A stretch of 64,000 nucleotides of DNA, taken from Gracilinanus agilis (lineage: Eukaryota). The notes under the pieces were generated by a model, which did no database searches, was not told where the DNA came from, and was given only the letters and a program-made list of their open reading frames with translations. The stretch spans positions 218,628,404-218,692,403 of the forward strand of contig NC_058134.1 of NCBI RefSeq assembly GCF_016433145.1. Direction: 5' to 3'. A program made the translations under genes and the position numbers. The first letter of the stretch is position 1. Every line of letters starts with the position of its first letter. Positions 1 through 11,854 of the stretch are shown piece by piece.

Positions 1-67
1 GCTCTGATATTCTGTTTAAAGGTCCCATCCAGCTCTGACTTTAGGTGTTCTAAGGCCCTTTTCTAGC
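1..67 (+). repeat. Same minisatellite family, ~2 units at the window edge
   Basis: gctctgatattctgtttaaaggtcccatccagctctgactttaggtgttctaaggccctttctagct. Confidence 0.6.
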
Positions 68-2156
68 TTCAAGGAGAAACTGGCTCTGAGGACTTGGGGC
101 AATCACTGTAATGGTTCTCTGAACTTCATTTTCCTTGTTTTTAAAATGAGAAGGTTGGACTTGATCTCTCAGGCTTCTTTCAACTCTACATGATGTACAG
201 TTTAGTTAGAATTTGAATTAGGGCTTTGAAGGATGGAGTAGGATTGAGCCAAGCTGAGAGAATAGGAGACAATATTTCAAGTTAGGAGAAACATGAGCCA
301 GGACATGGAGGTAGGAACTATAGTCAAAGGAAAAAGGCATCAAGCTTGGAGTAAGATTTTGCTCCAAAGGGACTTGTTTAGATAGGTTTCTTTTTACTAC
401 TGGGGCTGTGGAGCATGAGACACATGATCTGACTTACCTCTCAATTCAGAGCCAAGGTGCCTCCCAGCAGACTTGCTGTTCCAAATGCTCACAGAAGACT
501 TCAAGCCAAGTAGCACATCCTCTTGTCTACATTCTCTATACAGACAGAATGAGAAGATTCTTCCAAAGATATGGTATCAGCCTATCTTTAATTGGTTGTT
601 CCATCCTTCTCTGTTTTACAAGGATCTTTGTTTTTTCTACTATCATCTAGCGCCTTCCCTTCCTTCTTTTCTTTCTCCCATTCTTCTTTCTTCCCTTCAT
701 TGTTTCTTCCTTCCCTCCCTACCTCCCTTCTTTCCTTTCTTTCTCTCTCCTTTCCTCTATCCCTTTCTTCAAAAAAAAGTTGGAGAGGAGACAGCTAAGT
801 GGCTCAGTGAATAGAAAGCCAGACCTGGAGACAAGAGGTTGTGGGTTCAAATTTGACCTCAGATACTTCCTAGCTGTGTGACCCTGGGTAAGTCACTTAC
901 TCCATATTGCCTAGCCCTTACCACTCTTCTGACTTAGTACCAATATATAGTATTGCTTCTAAGATAGAAGGTAAGTGTTTTTTTTTAAATGGAGAATGAA
1001 ATTTCAAAATAATAAAACCCTCTTTTCCTTCCAGGCCCAACTCAGATGGCATTTTTTTCATGGAGCCTTCCTTACTAATCATCGCACATACACCCAACCA
1101 CCACCACCTCCGCCTCCCCCATTGCTAGTGTTCTCTCCCTTCTCAAAGGATCTTAGAGGACTTTGGGTCTCTCTACAATCCCTCTAATTTGTGTCTTGTT
1201 TCTTGGTATGTCAGTCTGAACCCTCCTCCCCTCACCCCCAAAGATTATAAATTCTGTGAGGTCAATGATCATGTGGGTTTACATCTCTATCTTCAGAATC
1301 AGTGCACTCTTCTACATATGGCAAATGCTTCTACTAAGTGTTTGTTGTTTGGTGCGTACTCTTCTTTCCAAAACCAGAAGTGGAAAAGGTTGCTTTTGTG
1401 CCATCAGATTTATGAGTGGATCCAGAACTGCTCACATTTCAGTGATGGACCTCTCTTGGTCTGATTACTCTTGTCCCTTCTGAGTTGCCAATCTTCCCCT
1501 TTGCTCAGTTCTGATCCCATCTTGCCTCTGTGTCAAGCACTTCCTTTGCAGCTACCAAGCGGAGGAGGAATTAGGAGGGGGTGGGGACATATGCCATCAT
1601 GGATGTCTTTGCAGAGAGGCAGCAGAATTCACTTGTCTTATGTGGGGGTAGGAAGAGTGCCTGGCATGTGGTAGGGGCAGCCTTTGATGCCTGTGATATG
1701 ACAGAGTAGACAGTCACATTAAGGAGGGATGCCCATAGGTGCACTTGGCCAAATTCCTCAGGGTTTCACCTGGCTTCTATTCCAGCTGAGACATTGCCAT
1801 ATGGTAACAGGATTCTTCTTGGGGAAGAAAGTGGAGGTCAGGCTTTTTAGGATTAAAAAAAAAGCCAAGGTTATATTTTAGTGTCTGGAGAAATTTTATC
1901 AACCAAACTATGAGAAAAACCCTAAAACCAACCACTGCCCTTTGGAAAACTTGGATTTCACCAATGCTGTTCCTTCATACCCTGATCACACTGACTGTGC
2001 ATAAAAATCTTGTTATTTAACTCTTCTCAATCATCTTCAACAACTCCCTATGACCGACTGAATAGAATTCAGATTGTTTTGTCTGGCATTCAAGGCTCTC
2101 CATGATCTGGCACTGCCATACCTTTCCAACTTTGTCGTGTGTTACTTTATCTAGGC

Positions 2157-2356
2157 CTGTGGTGGTGAACCTATGGTATGCATGCCAGAGGGGACACTCA
2201 GAGCCCTCTCTGTGGGCACACCTGCAGTTGCTCCAGAACAGAGTTCACCAGAGTTTACTAGAAAGCCAGAGGGAAGTGGGGCCAGGCTCTTCCCATCTCC
2301 CTCCCCTGAGGACATTTCTCACATCATCTGCCCCTCTAAAAGGTTCACCATCACTG
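2157..2356 (+). mobile_element. hAT (Charlie-group) MITE, OposCharlie1-like TIRs
   Basis: Left TIR CTGTGGTGGTGAACCT. Right end AGGTTCACCATCACTG (reverse complement CAGTGATGGTGAACCT). 8 bp TSD atctaggc/ctctaggc (7/8) with the hAT-Charlie NNCTAGNN pattern. 200 bp. Confidence 0.8.
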
Positions 2357-3465
2357 CTCTAGGCACTTTACCCTGCAACCAACAGAATCATTTGTTATTC
2401 CCTCAATTTAGTTTGAATTTTCCCACCTTCATGCCTTTGCTCATCTCTTTCCCTATACCCAGCATGTCTTCCCTCCAGCTCTTGTCTATTGAATTACTAC
2501 CCTGACTTAAAAGCCCAAGTCAAAGTCATGACCTACTGAGTAGAGTTCAAATTGTTTTGTCTGGCATTAAAGGCTCTCTGTGATCTGGCAATATCATTCT
2601 TACAGAAAACTTTTGCTGATCCTTCAGCTTTTACTGAATCCTAAACTGTGGAACTCTGGGCGAGTCATTTAATCTCAACTAGCCTATTCCTTACCATTCT
2701 TCTGCTTTGGAACCAATACTTAGTATCAATTCTAAAACATAAAGCAAGAGTTTCAAAAAAATGCCAACCTTCCCCCCTCAGACCTCTCAGAGTACTGTTC
2801 CAACACCTCTCTGATACTTTTTATATATTATTATACATTCTTGTTAGAGGTCTTATTCCTGCAGAGTAATAAGCAGGAATATTTTCCACTGGTACAAAAA
2901 TCATTTTGAGGGGATCACAGGAGCCACTTTATCATGGGATCTAACTTCAGAGGTAGAAGGAAGCTTAGAGGTCATCTATTCCTTCTCCTTCATTACATAG
3001 ATGAGGAAACTAAGTCCCATGGAAACTTGCCCAAGGTGACACATGTAGGAAGCAGTATAGCTGGGATTCAGGGATAGTAGATAGGATACTGGTTGGAATC
3101 AGGAAGACATAGCTTCAAATTCTGCCTCAAAAATTTAGCTGTGTGACCCAGAACAAGTCACTTAGCCTTTCTGTGCCTTGGTTTCCTCAGTACAAAATGT
3201 TCAGTACTAGGTCTAAGGTCCCATTTTCCTCTGACTCCAAATATAATATTCTTTTCTCTGTATCACTCTGCCTCCCTAGATTAGGGCCATATGTTTGGGG
3301 ACCTTGAATGCCAATGTCAGGATTTTGTACTTTATTGGATAACACAGACACTAGAATTTTTCAAGGGGTAGAGTCATGTGGTCATATGGAAAACCCGTGA
3401 AAATATAAGATTACACATAAGCAATCACTATGTAATCTTGAAAAAGTATCATCTATTGTCTAGAG

Positions 3466-3680
3466 CTGTGTTGGTGAACCTATGGCACAGGTACTAGAGG
3501 GGACTGCTCGCCTCTCCCTCTCCATGCATGCCTGAGAGCATTTCTCTCATCACCTGCCCCTCTGCCCAGCAGCCCAATGGGAACACTTCCTACCTCCTCT
3601 GTCTGGGTAAGGGGGAGGCTCACATGCGGAGTGAGGGTTGAAGTCTGAGTGCTCAGTCTCCAAAAGGCTCACCATCACTG
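3466..3680 (+). mobile_element. hAT (Charlie-group) MITE, same TIR family as 2157-2356
   Basis: Left CTGTGTTGGTGAACCT, right AGGCTCACCATCACTG. Flanks gtctagag / gctagag (TSD with 1 nt indel). 215 bp. Confidence 0.78.
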
Positions 3681-3784
3681 GCTAGAGTAACCATAGTTTG
3701 CTCATCAGTAAAATGGAGCTAAGAATTCCTACCCTACCTCCATCACAAGGACAAACAAGGTCATAGATGGAAAATCATTTGGGG

Positions 3785-3975
3785 AGATCAAATGTTAGAA
3801 CTGAAAGAAACCTCAGATGGCCCCAATCTACCCTGTGCTTTACACACAATATCCTTCTACAATATCCCTCTACTTGAACCCTCCATTGACAGGGAGCTCA
3901 CCACTCCAAAGGGAGCTAGTTCCACCTTTGGGAAAGTTCAAACTGGGAACATATTTTTCCTCACATTCTTCTCCA
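3785..3975 (-). mobile_element. Ancient CR1/L3 LINE 3' fragment
   Basis: Recalled L3 3' motifs (gacagggagctcaccact, ttccacctttggg, tttcctcac). Highly diverged. Confidence 0.55.
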
Positions 3976-4149
3976 CATTTCCCTTCATTTCTCCTTAAGA
4001 CTTAGGGATTCCAAAAGCCCTAACACCTGTGATCATTAGTGAGATCTGATGGTAGTCAAGTTGGGAGAGCTGAAATCCCTTCTATAAGTAGCTAAAGAAG
4101 AAAGGAAAGACTTCAGTTTTGTCTAGAAGCTCCCTTGAACAACCTCTAA

Positions 4150-4375
4150 GGAGAAAGGCACACAGAATGAAAACTGAAAAAGGCCTTGGAATAGGGAATG
4201 TCAGAGCTGGGAGAGGCCTTAAAATGGAAAATATCAGAGCTGAGAAAGATCTCAGAACATGGAATGGCAGAGCTCAGAAAGAACTTAGCACAGAGAATAT
4301 TTGAATTGAGAGAGAGAGTTTGGAACATGCAATGTCAATCTGGGAGGGACCTTAAAACACAGTGTAGCAGACCTG
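4150..4375 (-). repeat. 33 bp degenerate minisatellite, reverse complement of the 31.1-31.5 kb unit
   Basis: Units such as CCTTGGAATAGGGAATGTCAGAGCTGGGAGAGG start at 4184, 4217 and 4250. Confidence 0.8.
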
Positions 4376-6954
4376 GACTATACATCAAAACAGAGAACTT
4401 CTACACTTGGAAGAACCTTAGACATCAACTAGCTCAGCCCCTTCAATTTTCAGAAGGGCAAATTGAAAGCCAGAGAGAGGAAATAACTTGCCAAATGAAA
4501 AAAAGATAATGAGAATGGACATAGGCTTGAATTACAGCTCTTACTTTGTGAATTGAAACATCATTTCACTTTATCATGGGACCAGAAAAGGGGCCTTGGT
4601 CTCTTCACCTGCAAAATGAGGATAAGACTTCTTGCATTGTCTACTTTCTATGAGGTCATTATGAGAACAGCATTTTGTAACTCTCAAAGTACTCCAGAAA
4701 TGTGAGTTATCATAGTTGAGGATGGGAGAGAGAGGGAGGAAGGGAGGAAGGAAGGGAGGAAGGGGGAAGGAAATAAGCTGGAGAGTTTGGAAGGATAGCC
4801 CACTTTTTTTTTTCTCCTGTCCCTGTGATTTCTAGGATAAAGTAGTGTTGCTTTATCCATAGGAAAAATGCAGCCACTGCAGCACTGGAGTACCAGCCAG
4901 GGCTGATTGTCTAGCTGGGGAAACATGGGCTTCAGCACTCAGCACTCCCTGTTGATGGCTAAAGACCTGCGACTGGCAAAGCCAATGATTCTTATTCATT
5001 ACCCGCTATGCTGTTTATACTACTGTCGTCAGCTCTCATCATTCATTCATCTAAAGAGATGCAGGACTTTGGAAGAGATTGAAGGGGACTGTCATGCCCT
5101 TCCTGCTCCCAGCTCTGAGATTCTATGATTAAACAGAGAAGGGAAGGGAAAGAGAAGAAAAGGGGATAAGGAAAAAGGAAGAGCAAAGGAAAAAAGGAAA
5201 GTTCCCTATCACTTTGGAGGGCAGGGCACAAGGAACTCAGACAAAGGCAGCAAGGCATGGTGAATAAAGTGCCAGACTTTGAGACAGGAAGCTCTGGGTT
5301 CAAATCCCACTTGACACATCAGCAATATGATTCTGGGCAATTTATTCATTTCTTTGGGTCTGTTTCCTGAGCCCTTAGCACAGAACCTGCCACATAGATG
5401 AGACTTAAAAATACTAGTTGACTGACTAACTGACCCTTGGAAAAGTCACTTATCCTCTCTGACCGCAGTTTCCTCATTTATAAAATGAAAAGATTACACT
5501 AGATGACTTCCAGGGTCCTTTTGAGCTCTATGACCCTGTAACCATTTGTTGGGGATATTATAGAATAAACCCCTGCTCAGAAAGAAGCTGAGCAACATTG
5601 ACCTTGAGGTTTTCTTCTAACACTGAGATTCTGGGATTCAGAAGAAAGGAGAGAAGAAAGACAGAAATGAGCATCACTCTCTGGAGATAGTTCATTATCC
5701 CAGGCCATTTTCAGAGGCTAGATGACCCTTGTGGGAGATGAGGAAGAAGGGATTTCTGGGCTGGAGTGGATTGGACCAGATGCCTTTTGAGTTCCCTTCC
5801 CATTCTATGGCTGTGATCCAATGCCTGCCCCCAGGCATTAGTTTCCTCATCAGAAAAATAAGGGGTTGGATTAGACAGTCTCTGAGGTCTCTTCTTAGAG
5901 ATTCTTTGATTCAGGGATTTGGAGAGAAAGCAGGAAAGAAAGAAAAAGGAAAGAAACATTAGGGGGAGAAGTAGGAGAGTAGCTTCAGGTGCCTTGGGAT
6001 ACAGCCAGTTCAAAGCTATCCCACCCCAAGTAGAACAGGCATTTCTTGCCAGCAGAGACAAGTTTTCTATTTAAGAGGGGAAAGGAAAGGTGTGTCCTTG
6101 GCTTTCCCATAGAAGTGAACTCCCAGTAGGGAAATAGTAGCCCATCCAACCATACCTATTAACAACTTCTCAGTAACATAGTCCAAGCTGGAAAGGATGA
6201 GAATCATAATTATTGTCATTGTTATCATTAATAGTTAGCATTTATATATCACTTTAAGATTGCAAAATGCTTTCAATTATCTCAACCCCAAAGGCAATAT
6301 AGCTCTGCTCCAGCATTTTAGAGATATGAAAACTAAGTCCCAAAGGAGCAAATGACTCCTCCAAGGACATAGAGGTAGTATATCATAAAGCTGGAATTTG
6401 AACCCAGGTCCTGGGACTTCAAATCCCATGCTCTTTTCACTGGACCAGTGCTTGAAAGAGGACCCAAGAAAGGTTCTATGACTTGCCCAAAGTCATACAA
6501 AGGTACATATTCTTGCTATTCCATGTTCTAGATATGTTTCTCTCTTGAGACAGCAAAGATATGAGCTCCAGCATTCTATTCTATTACAGAATAGATCATC
6601 ACTAACATGGTAGTAGAACTTTTGATAGTTAGGAGAGACAGTTAAGTTCAAGTAATTTAGAATTCTGTTTCCTGGAACAGTCAATAAATCAACAAACATT
6701 TATTAAGTATCTACTGTGTGTTAGCTACCAGGAATGCAAAGACAAAAATGAAGGTGCTTACGTACTAAGGGGTAAATTTCTTAATCAATCACATTGGTGC
6801 TTCACCAATCAGTCTATAAACATTTATTAAGCATCTACTATGTGCCAGGCACAGTTCTAAGTTCTTGAGGATAAAAAGAAGGCAAAAAACAGTCCTTGCT
6901 CCTCAAGGAGCTTGAGGCAAAGGAGAGAGACAACAAGCAAAAAAAAAAATTTGC

Positions 6955-8633
6955 TTTTTTTTTATTTTAAATTTTTTTTATTTTTTAGAAAAAATTGCTA
7001 TGGTTACATGATTCGTGTTCTTACTTTCCCCTTCACCACCACCCCAAATCCTACCCTCCATAGCCAATGTGCATTTCCACTGGTTTTAACATGTGTCATC
7101 TATTAAGACCTATTTCCATATTATTGATAGTTGCATTGATGTGGTCATTTCGACTCTACATCCCCAATCATATCCTCATCAACCCATGTGTTCAAGCAGT
7201 TGTTTTTCTTCTGTGTTTCCTCTCCTGCAGTTCTTCCTCTGAATGTGGGTAGCATTCTTTTCCATAAATCCCTCAGAACTGTCCTGGGTCATTGCATTGC
7301 TGCTAGTACAGAAGTCCATTATATTCTATTTTATCACAGTGTATCTGTCTATGTACAATGTTCTTCTGGCTCTGCTTCTTTCACTCCGCATCAATTCCTG
7401 GAGGTCATCACATGGAATTCCTCCAGTTTTATTATTCCTTTGAGCACAATAGTATTACATCACCAGCATATACCACAATTTGTTCAGCCATCCCCCAATT
7501 GAAGGGCATACCCTCATTTTCCAGTTTTTTGCTACCACAAAAAGCACAGCTATAAATATTTTGGTACAAGTCTGTTTATCTATGATCTCTTTGGGGTACA
7601 AACCCAGCAACGGTATGGCTGGATCAAAGGGCAGGCAATCTTTTATCTCTCTTTGGGCATAATTCCAAATTGCCAGCCAGAATGGTTGGATCAGTTCACA
7701 ACTCCACCAGCAATGCATTAATGTCCCAATTTTGCCACATCCCCTCCAACATTCATTACTCTCCCCTGTTGTCATTTTAGCCAATCTGCTAGGTATGAGG
7801 TGATACCTCAGAGTTGTTTTGATTTGCATTTCTCTAATTATTAGAGATTTAGAACACTTTCTCATGTGCTTATTGATACTTTTGATTTCTTTATCTGAAA
7901 ATTGCTTATTCATGTCCCTTGCCCATTTATTAATTGGGGAATGGCTTGATTTTTTTATACAATTAATTTAGTTCCTTGTATTTTTGAGTAATTAGACCTT
8001 TGTCAGAATTTTTTATTATAAAGATTTTTTCCCAGTTTGTTGTTTCCCTTCTGATTTTGGTTGCATTGTTTTTGTTTGTACAAAACCTTTTTAATTTAAT
8101 ATAATCAAAATTATTTATTTTACATTTTGTAATTTTTTCTAACTCTTACTTGGTTTTAAAATCTTTCCTTTCCCAGAGATCTGACAAGTATACTATTCTG
8201 TGTTCACTTAATTTACTTACAGTTTCCTTCTTTATATTCAAGTCATTCACCCATTCTGAATTTATCTTGGTGTAGGGTGTGAGATGCTGATCTAAACCTA
8301 ATCTCTCCCATATTGTTTTCCAATTTTCCCAGCAGTTTTTGTCAAATAGTGGATTTTTGTCCCAAAAGTTGGGCTCTTTGGGTTTATCATATACTGTCTT
8401 GCTGACATCACTTACCCCAAGTCTATTCCATTGATCCTCCCTTCTGTCTCTTAGCCAGTACCATATCATTTTGATGACCACTGCTTTATAGTATAGTTTA
8501 AGATCTGGTACTGCTAGGCCAACTTCCTTCACATTTTTTTTTTCATTATTTCCCTTGATATTCTTGATCTTTTGTTCTTCCAAATGAACTTTGTTATAGT
8601 TTTTTTCTAATTCAGTAAAAATTTTTTTGGTAC
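6955..8633 (-). mobile_element. 5'-truncated L1 (L1_Mdo-like): ORF2 C-terminal part, 3' UTR and polyA; disabled
   Basis: ORFs 8146..8790 (PDLKLYYKAVVIK..WYW..DQWNR) and 7455..7913 (CWRGCGKIGTLMHCWW..PFDPAIPLLGLYP) are L1 ORF2. In-frame stops and A-run frameshifts lie between them. T-rich tail at ~6955-6985. No clear TSD. Confidence 0.93.
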
Positions 8634-8791
8634 TTGGGGGAAAAAGATATTTACAAACAAGCTTTAGATAGGACAAACAGAAAATACTTGAGAGGGAAGA
8701 CACTAGAATTAAGAGGGATTCATAAAACCTTCTTACAGAAGATGGGATTTTAGTTGTCATTAAAGGAAGTCTGAGAAGGTAACCAGGCATT

Positions 8792-9036
8792 GAGATGGTG
8801 CAAAGGATAGGGTACCATGTCTAGAATCAGGAAGACTCACTTTCCTGAGTTCAAAGCTGGCTTCAAACATTTCCTAGCTGTGTGAACCTGGACAAGTCAT
8901 TTAACCCTGGGAGCCTCCATTTCTTCATCTGTAAAATGAACTGGAGAAGGAAATGACAAACCATTCTAGGATCTTTGCCAAGAAAACCCCAAATGGGGTC
9001 ACAAAGAGTCAGATATAACTGAAGTGAATGAATAAG
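8792..9036 (+). mobile_element. Mar1-type CORE-SINE with RTE-derived tail
   Basis: tRNA-like head, CORE, and tail gagaaggaaatgacaaaccattc..ctttgccaagaaaacccc. Similar copies at ~14923-15175(+), 20245-20511(-), 28457-28696(-), 29008-29250(+) and 34655-34915(+). Confidence 0.75.
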
Positions 9037-9399
9037 AGAAGGCAGGAGGGGAAGATGAGGAGGCATAACATTCCAGGCAGAGAAAATGATCAAAGCCAAG
9101 AGATAGAGTGTCTTAGTGAAGGAACAGCAAGAAGACCAGGGTGATTGGGTCAAAGAGCACATGGTTGGGAGTAAGGTATAAGAAGACTAGAAATATAGTA
9201 GAGGGCTAGGTCGTGAAGGCTTTGAACATCTAATAGAGGATTTTGTATTTGATCCTGGAGGCCACAGTGAGCCACTGGAGTTTATTGAGTACTAGAGTGG
9301 GGAGGGGGGGACATGGTCAGACCTTTGCTTTAGGAAAATCACTTTGGTGATTAAATAGGGGATGGATTAGAGTAGAGAGAGACTTGAGACAGGCAGACA

Positions 9400-9400
<1 letters not shown>

Positions 9401-9452
<52 letters not shown>
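9401..9452. repeat. (CA)n microsatellite
   Basis: Directly visible. Other CA/TG runs at ~21722-21764, 47538-47567, 47992-48031 and 53624-53673. Confidence 0.95.
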
Positions 9453-9454
<2 letters not shown>

Positions 9455-11158
9455 GACACAGCAGCTAGGGCAATAATTTAGTTGTGAGCTGATGAAGGCC
9501 TGCACAAGGATGGTGCCAGTGCCAGAGGAAAAAAGGTGATTTGAGAGATGTTGCAAAGATGAAATCCGAAGGCCTTGACATATTGGATATGAGATGGTGA
9601 GAGAATGAGGAGTCCAGGATGCCTCCTAGATTGTGAGCCCAAGGGATAGGAGGATTGTATTATACTCTAGAGTAATAGGGAGGGTAGAAGTGGAGGGAGG
9701 GCTTAGAGGGAAAGATAATAAATTCCATTTTAGATATATTGAGTTCAAGATGTCTACTGGACAAACCTGGTTTGAGATGTCTAAAAGACAGTTGGAGCTG
9801 GGAGACTGAAGGTCAGCAGAGAGGCTGGAATGTGATAGGCAGATGTGAGAATCATTAGCATAGATATGGTCATTAAATCCATAGGAGCTGATGACATCAC
9901 CAACTGAAGTAGCAGTATTGAGGGGAAAGAGGAAAGAGCCAGGACAAAACCCTAAGAGTTCCTGTTATTAGAGGGTGTGATCTGGATGACAATCCAGGAA
10001 AGCAGACAGAGAAGGAGAGGTCAGATACGTAGAAGAAGAACCAGGAGAGAGGAATACTATGAAAACCTAGAGAAAAGAAAATATCAAGGAAGAGAGTGGG
10101 TGGTCAACAATGGAAAAGGCTAAAGAAACGCCAAAGAGAATGGGAATTGAGAAAAGGTCGTTGAATTCAACCACTGGGAGATAATTCGTGGTTTTTGAGA
10201 GAGCAGTTTCAGAGAATGATGAGATTGGAAGTCAGATTATGAGGGGTTAAGAAGGGAATAAAGACAGAGAAAGTGAAGTATCTATTGTTAATGGGGGTTT
10301 TGAAAGAGTTTGTCTACAATGGGCAGAAGAAATAGAGGACATTGAATGATAGGCATGGAAGGATCAAGTGAGGGTTTTTTTTTCAAAATGCAAAAGACAT
10401 GGGTATATTTAGAGGAGTAAGGAATAAGCCAGTAAAGAAGGAAGATAAGCACCATCAAGATAAGCTCAATTTCCCAACTAAAGGGTTTTGCTTGCCTCCA
10501 ATTTCTCTAGAGCACATTGCCTGGTTCTCTCATTTGTCCCTGTCTCATTCCTATCTTCCTTGTAAGTCCATCCTGTTCCCCTCGTTAGATTTTATGCTCC
10601 TTTCTTCCTCTCTTCCCCAGCCACACCCCTACCCCCAGCCCCAGCAGCAGATGACTTAGTCTTCTGAACAGATCAAAAGCCATCTGGCCCGCCCTCCCTC
10701 AGCTGCTCCCAGCTGTCCCTCAGAATTTCTCAACAACATCCCCCACTGTCTCCTCTTTCTCTCTGGACAAAGAAGAACAGACTCCCCAAATCCTCAACAA
10801 GGCCAGGTCCCCTTTTCTCTGCTCTTCATCCCAACTACCTAGCCTCCTGTGGAGGTACTTTCCAAAGAAATCATTCCCTCCTCCTTCCCACCTTCTCACC
10901 TTTTCCACTGGCTCCTATAGTCAGACTCAGCTCTCTCCAAATTAAAGAAAGCTTTCCCTTAATTGAGAGACAACCTGGCATAGTGACTGAACTTGAAGTC
11001 AGGAGGATCTGGATTCCAGTCACACTTCGGATATTTAGCTGTGAGATTTGGGACAAATCCCTCCACCTTTCTTTGCTTCTGTAAAATGAGAAGGTTGGAC
11101 TAGATGGTCTCTGGGCAACTACTGGGGAACTGTGATCCTAAATTCTGATTCATGAAAG

Positions 11159-11160
<2 letters not shown>

Positions 11161-11242
<82 letters not shown>
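11161..11242. repeat. Perfect (TC)41 microsatellite
   Basis: Directly visible. Confidence 0.97.
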
Positions 11243-11245
<3 letters not shown>

Positions 11246-11373
11246 GGAAGTTAATTACCTTCAGATATCACCTTGGATAGAATCCATTTATTTCAATATT
11301 TATTTCATGACCCTGAATTTTCACAACACCCTACTCAACAATAAACTTCAAGGAAAACAGTCTAACTTGTGAA

Positions 11374-11854
11374 CAGTGCTGGCTGAAAGTAGCTTTTGAC
11401 ATCTCTTTTGCTTCAAACCACTTCTGGAGAGCAAGTTCTCAAACTGAAAAGTGTAAGCATTTGAACCTTGAAAACTGATAAATGATACAAGTTATGGCTT
11501 GATTTATTGTTTTATTGATTGTCTAGGCTAAGAAAGTGCTGGAGGAAATGTTAATGATACAGATAAAAAAGGAGAAGTTTGGTGGCTCAGTGGATAGAGA
11601 GCCAGGTCTAGAGATAAGAGGTCTTGGGTTCAAATCTAACCTTAGACAATTCCAGATTACATAGCCCTGGGCAAGTCATTTGAATCCAGCTACCTAGCCC
11701 TTATCACTCTTCTACCCTGGAACCCATATCTAGTATCAGTTCTAAGATAGAAGGTAAGGGTTTAAAATTTTTAACTAAAATTTAAACTAAAAAAATATAT
11801 CACCAGTGCATTTTTAGAGATCTGGTTGTTTAACATCCACCAACACATCCGTGG
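11374..11854 (+). mobile_element. MER63-like hAT-Blackjack DNA transposon remnant, split by a SINE at ~11578-11790
   Basis: Internal ggcttgatttattgttttattgattgtctaggctaagaaagtgctggaggaaatgttaatgatacagat and terminal ctggttgtttaacatccaccaacacatccgtgg resemble recalled MER63 segments. Confidence 0.6.

Larger units (their letters stand above)
6810..10400 (-). mobile_element. Ancient L2 LINE (3' ~1.7 kb), split by an L1, a CORE-SINE and a (CA)n
   Basis: L2 3' end reverse complement (ataaacatttattaagcatctactatgtgccaggcac) at ~6820. L2 body motifs resume at 8640-8790 and 9040-10400. Confidence 0.75.

Noticed and set aside
8634-8790. N-terminal part of the 214 aa ORF 8146..8790
   Set aside because: Chance read-through from antisense L2 sequence into truncated L1 ORF2; not a chimeric gene.
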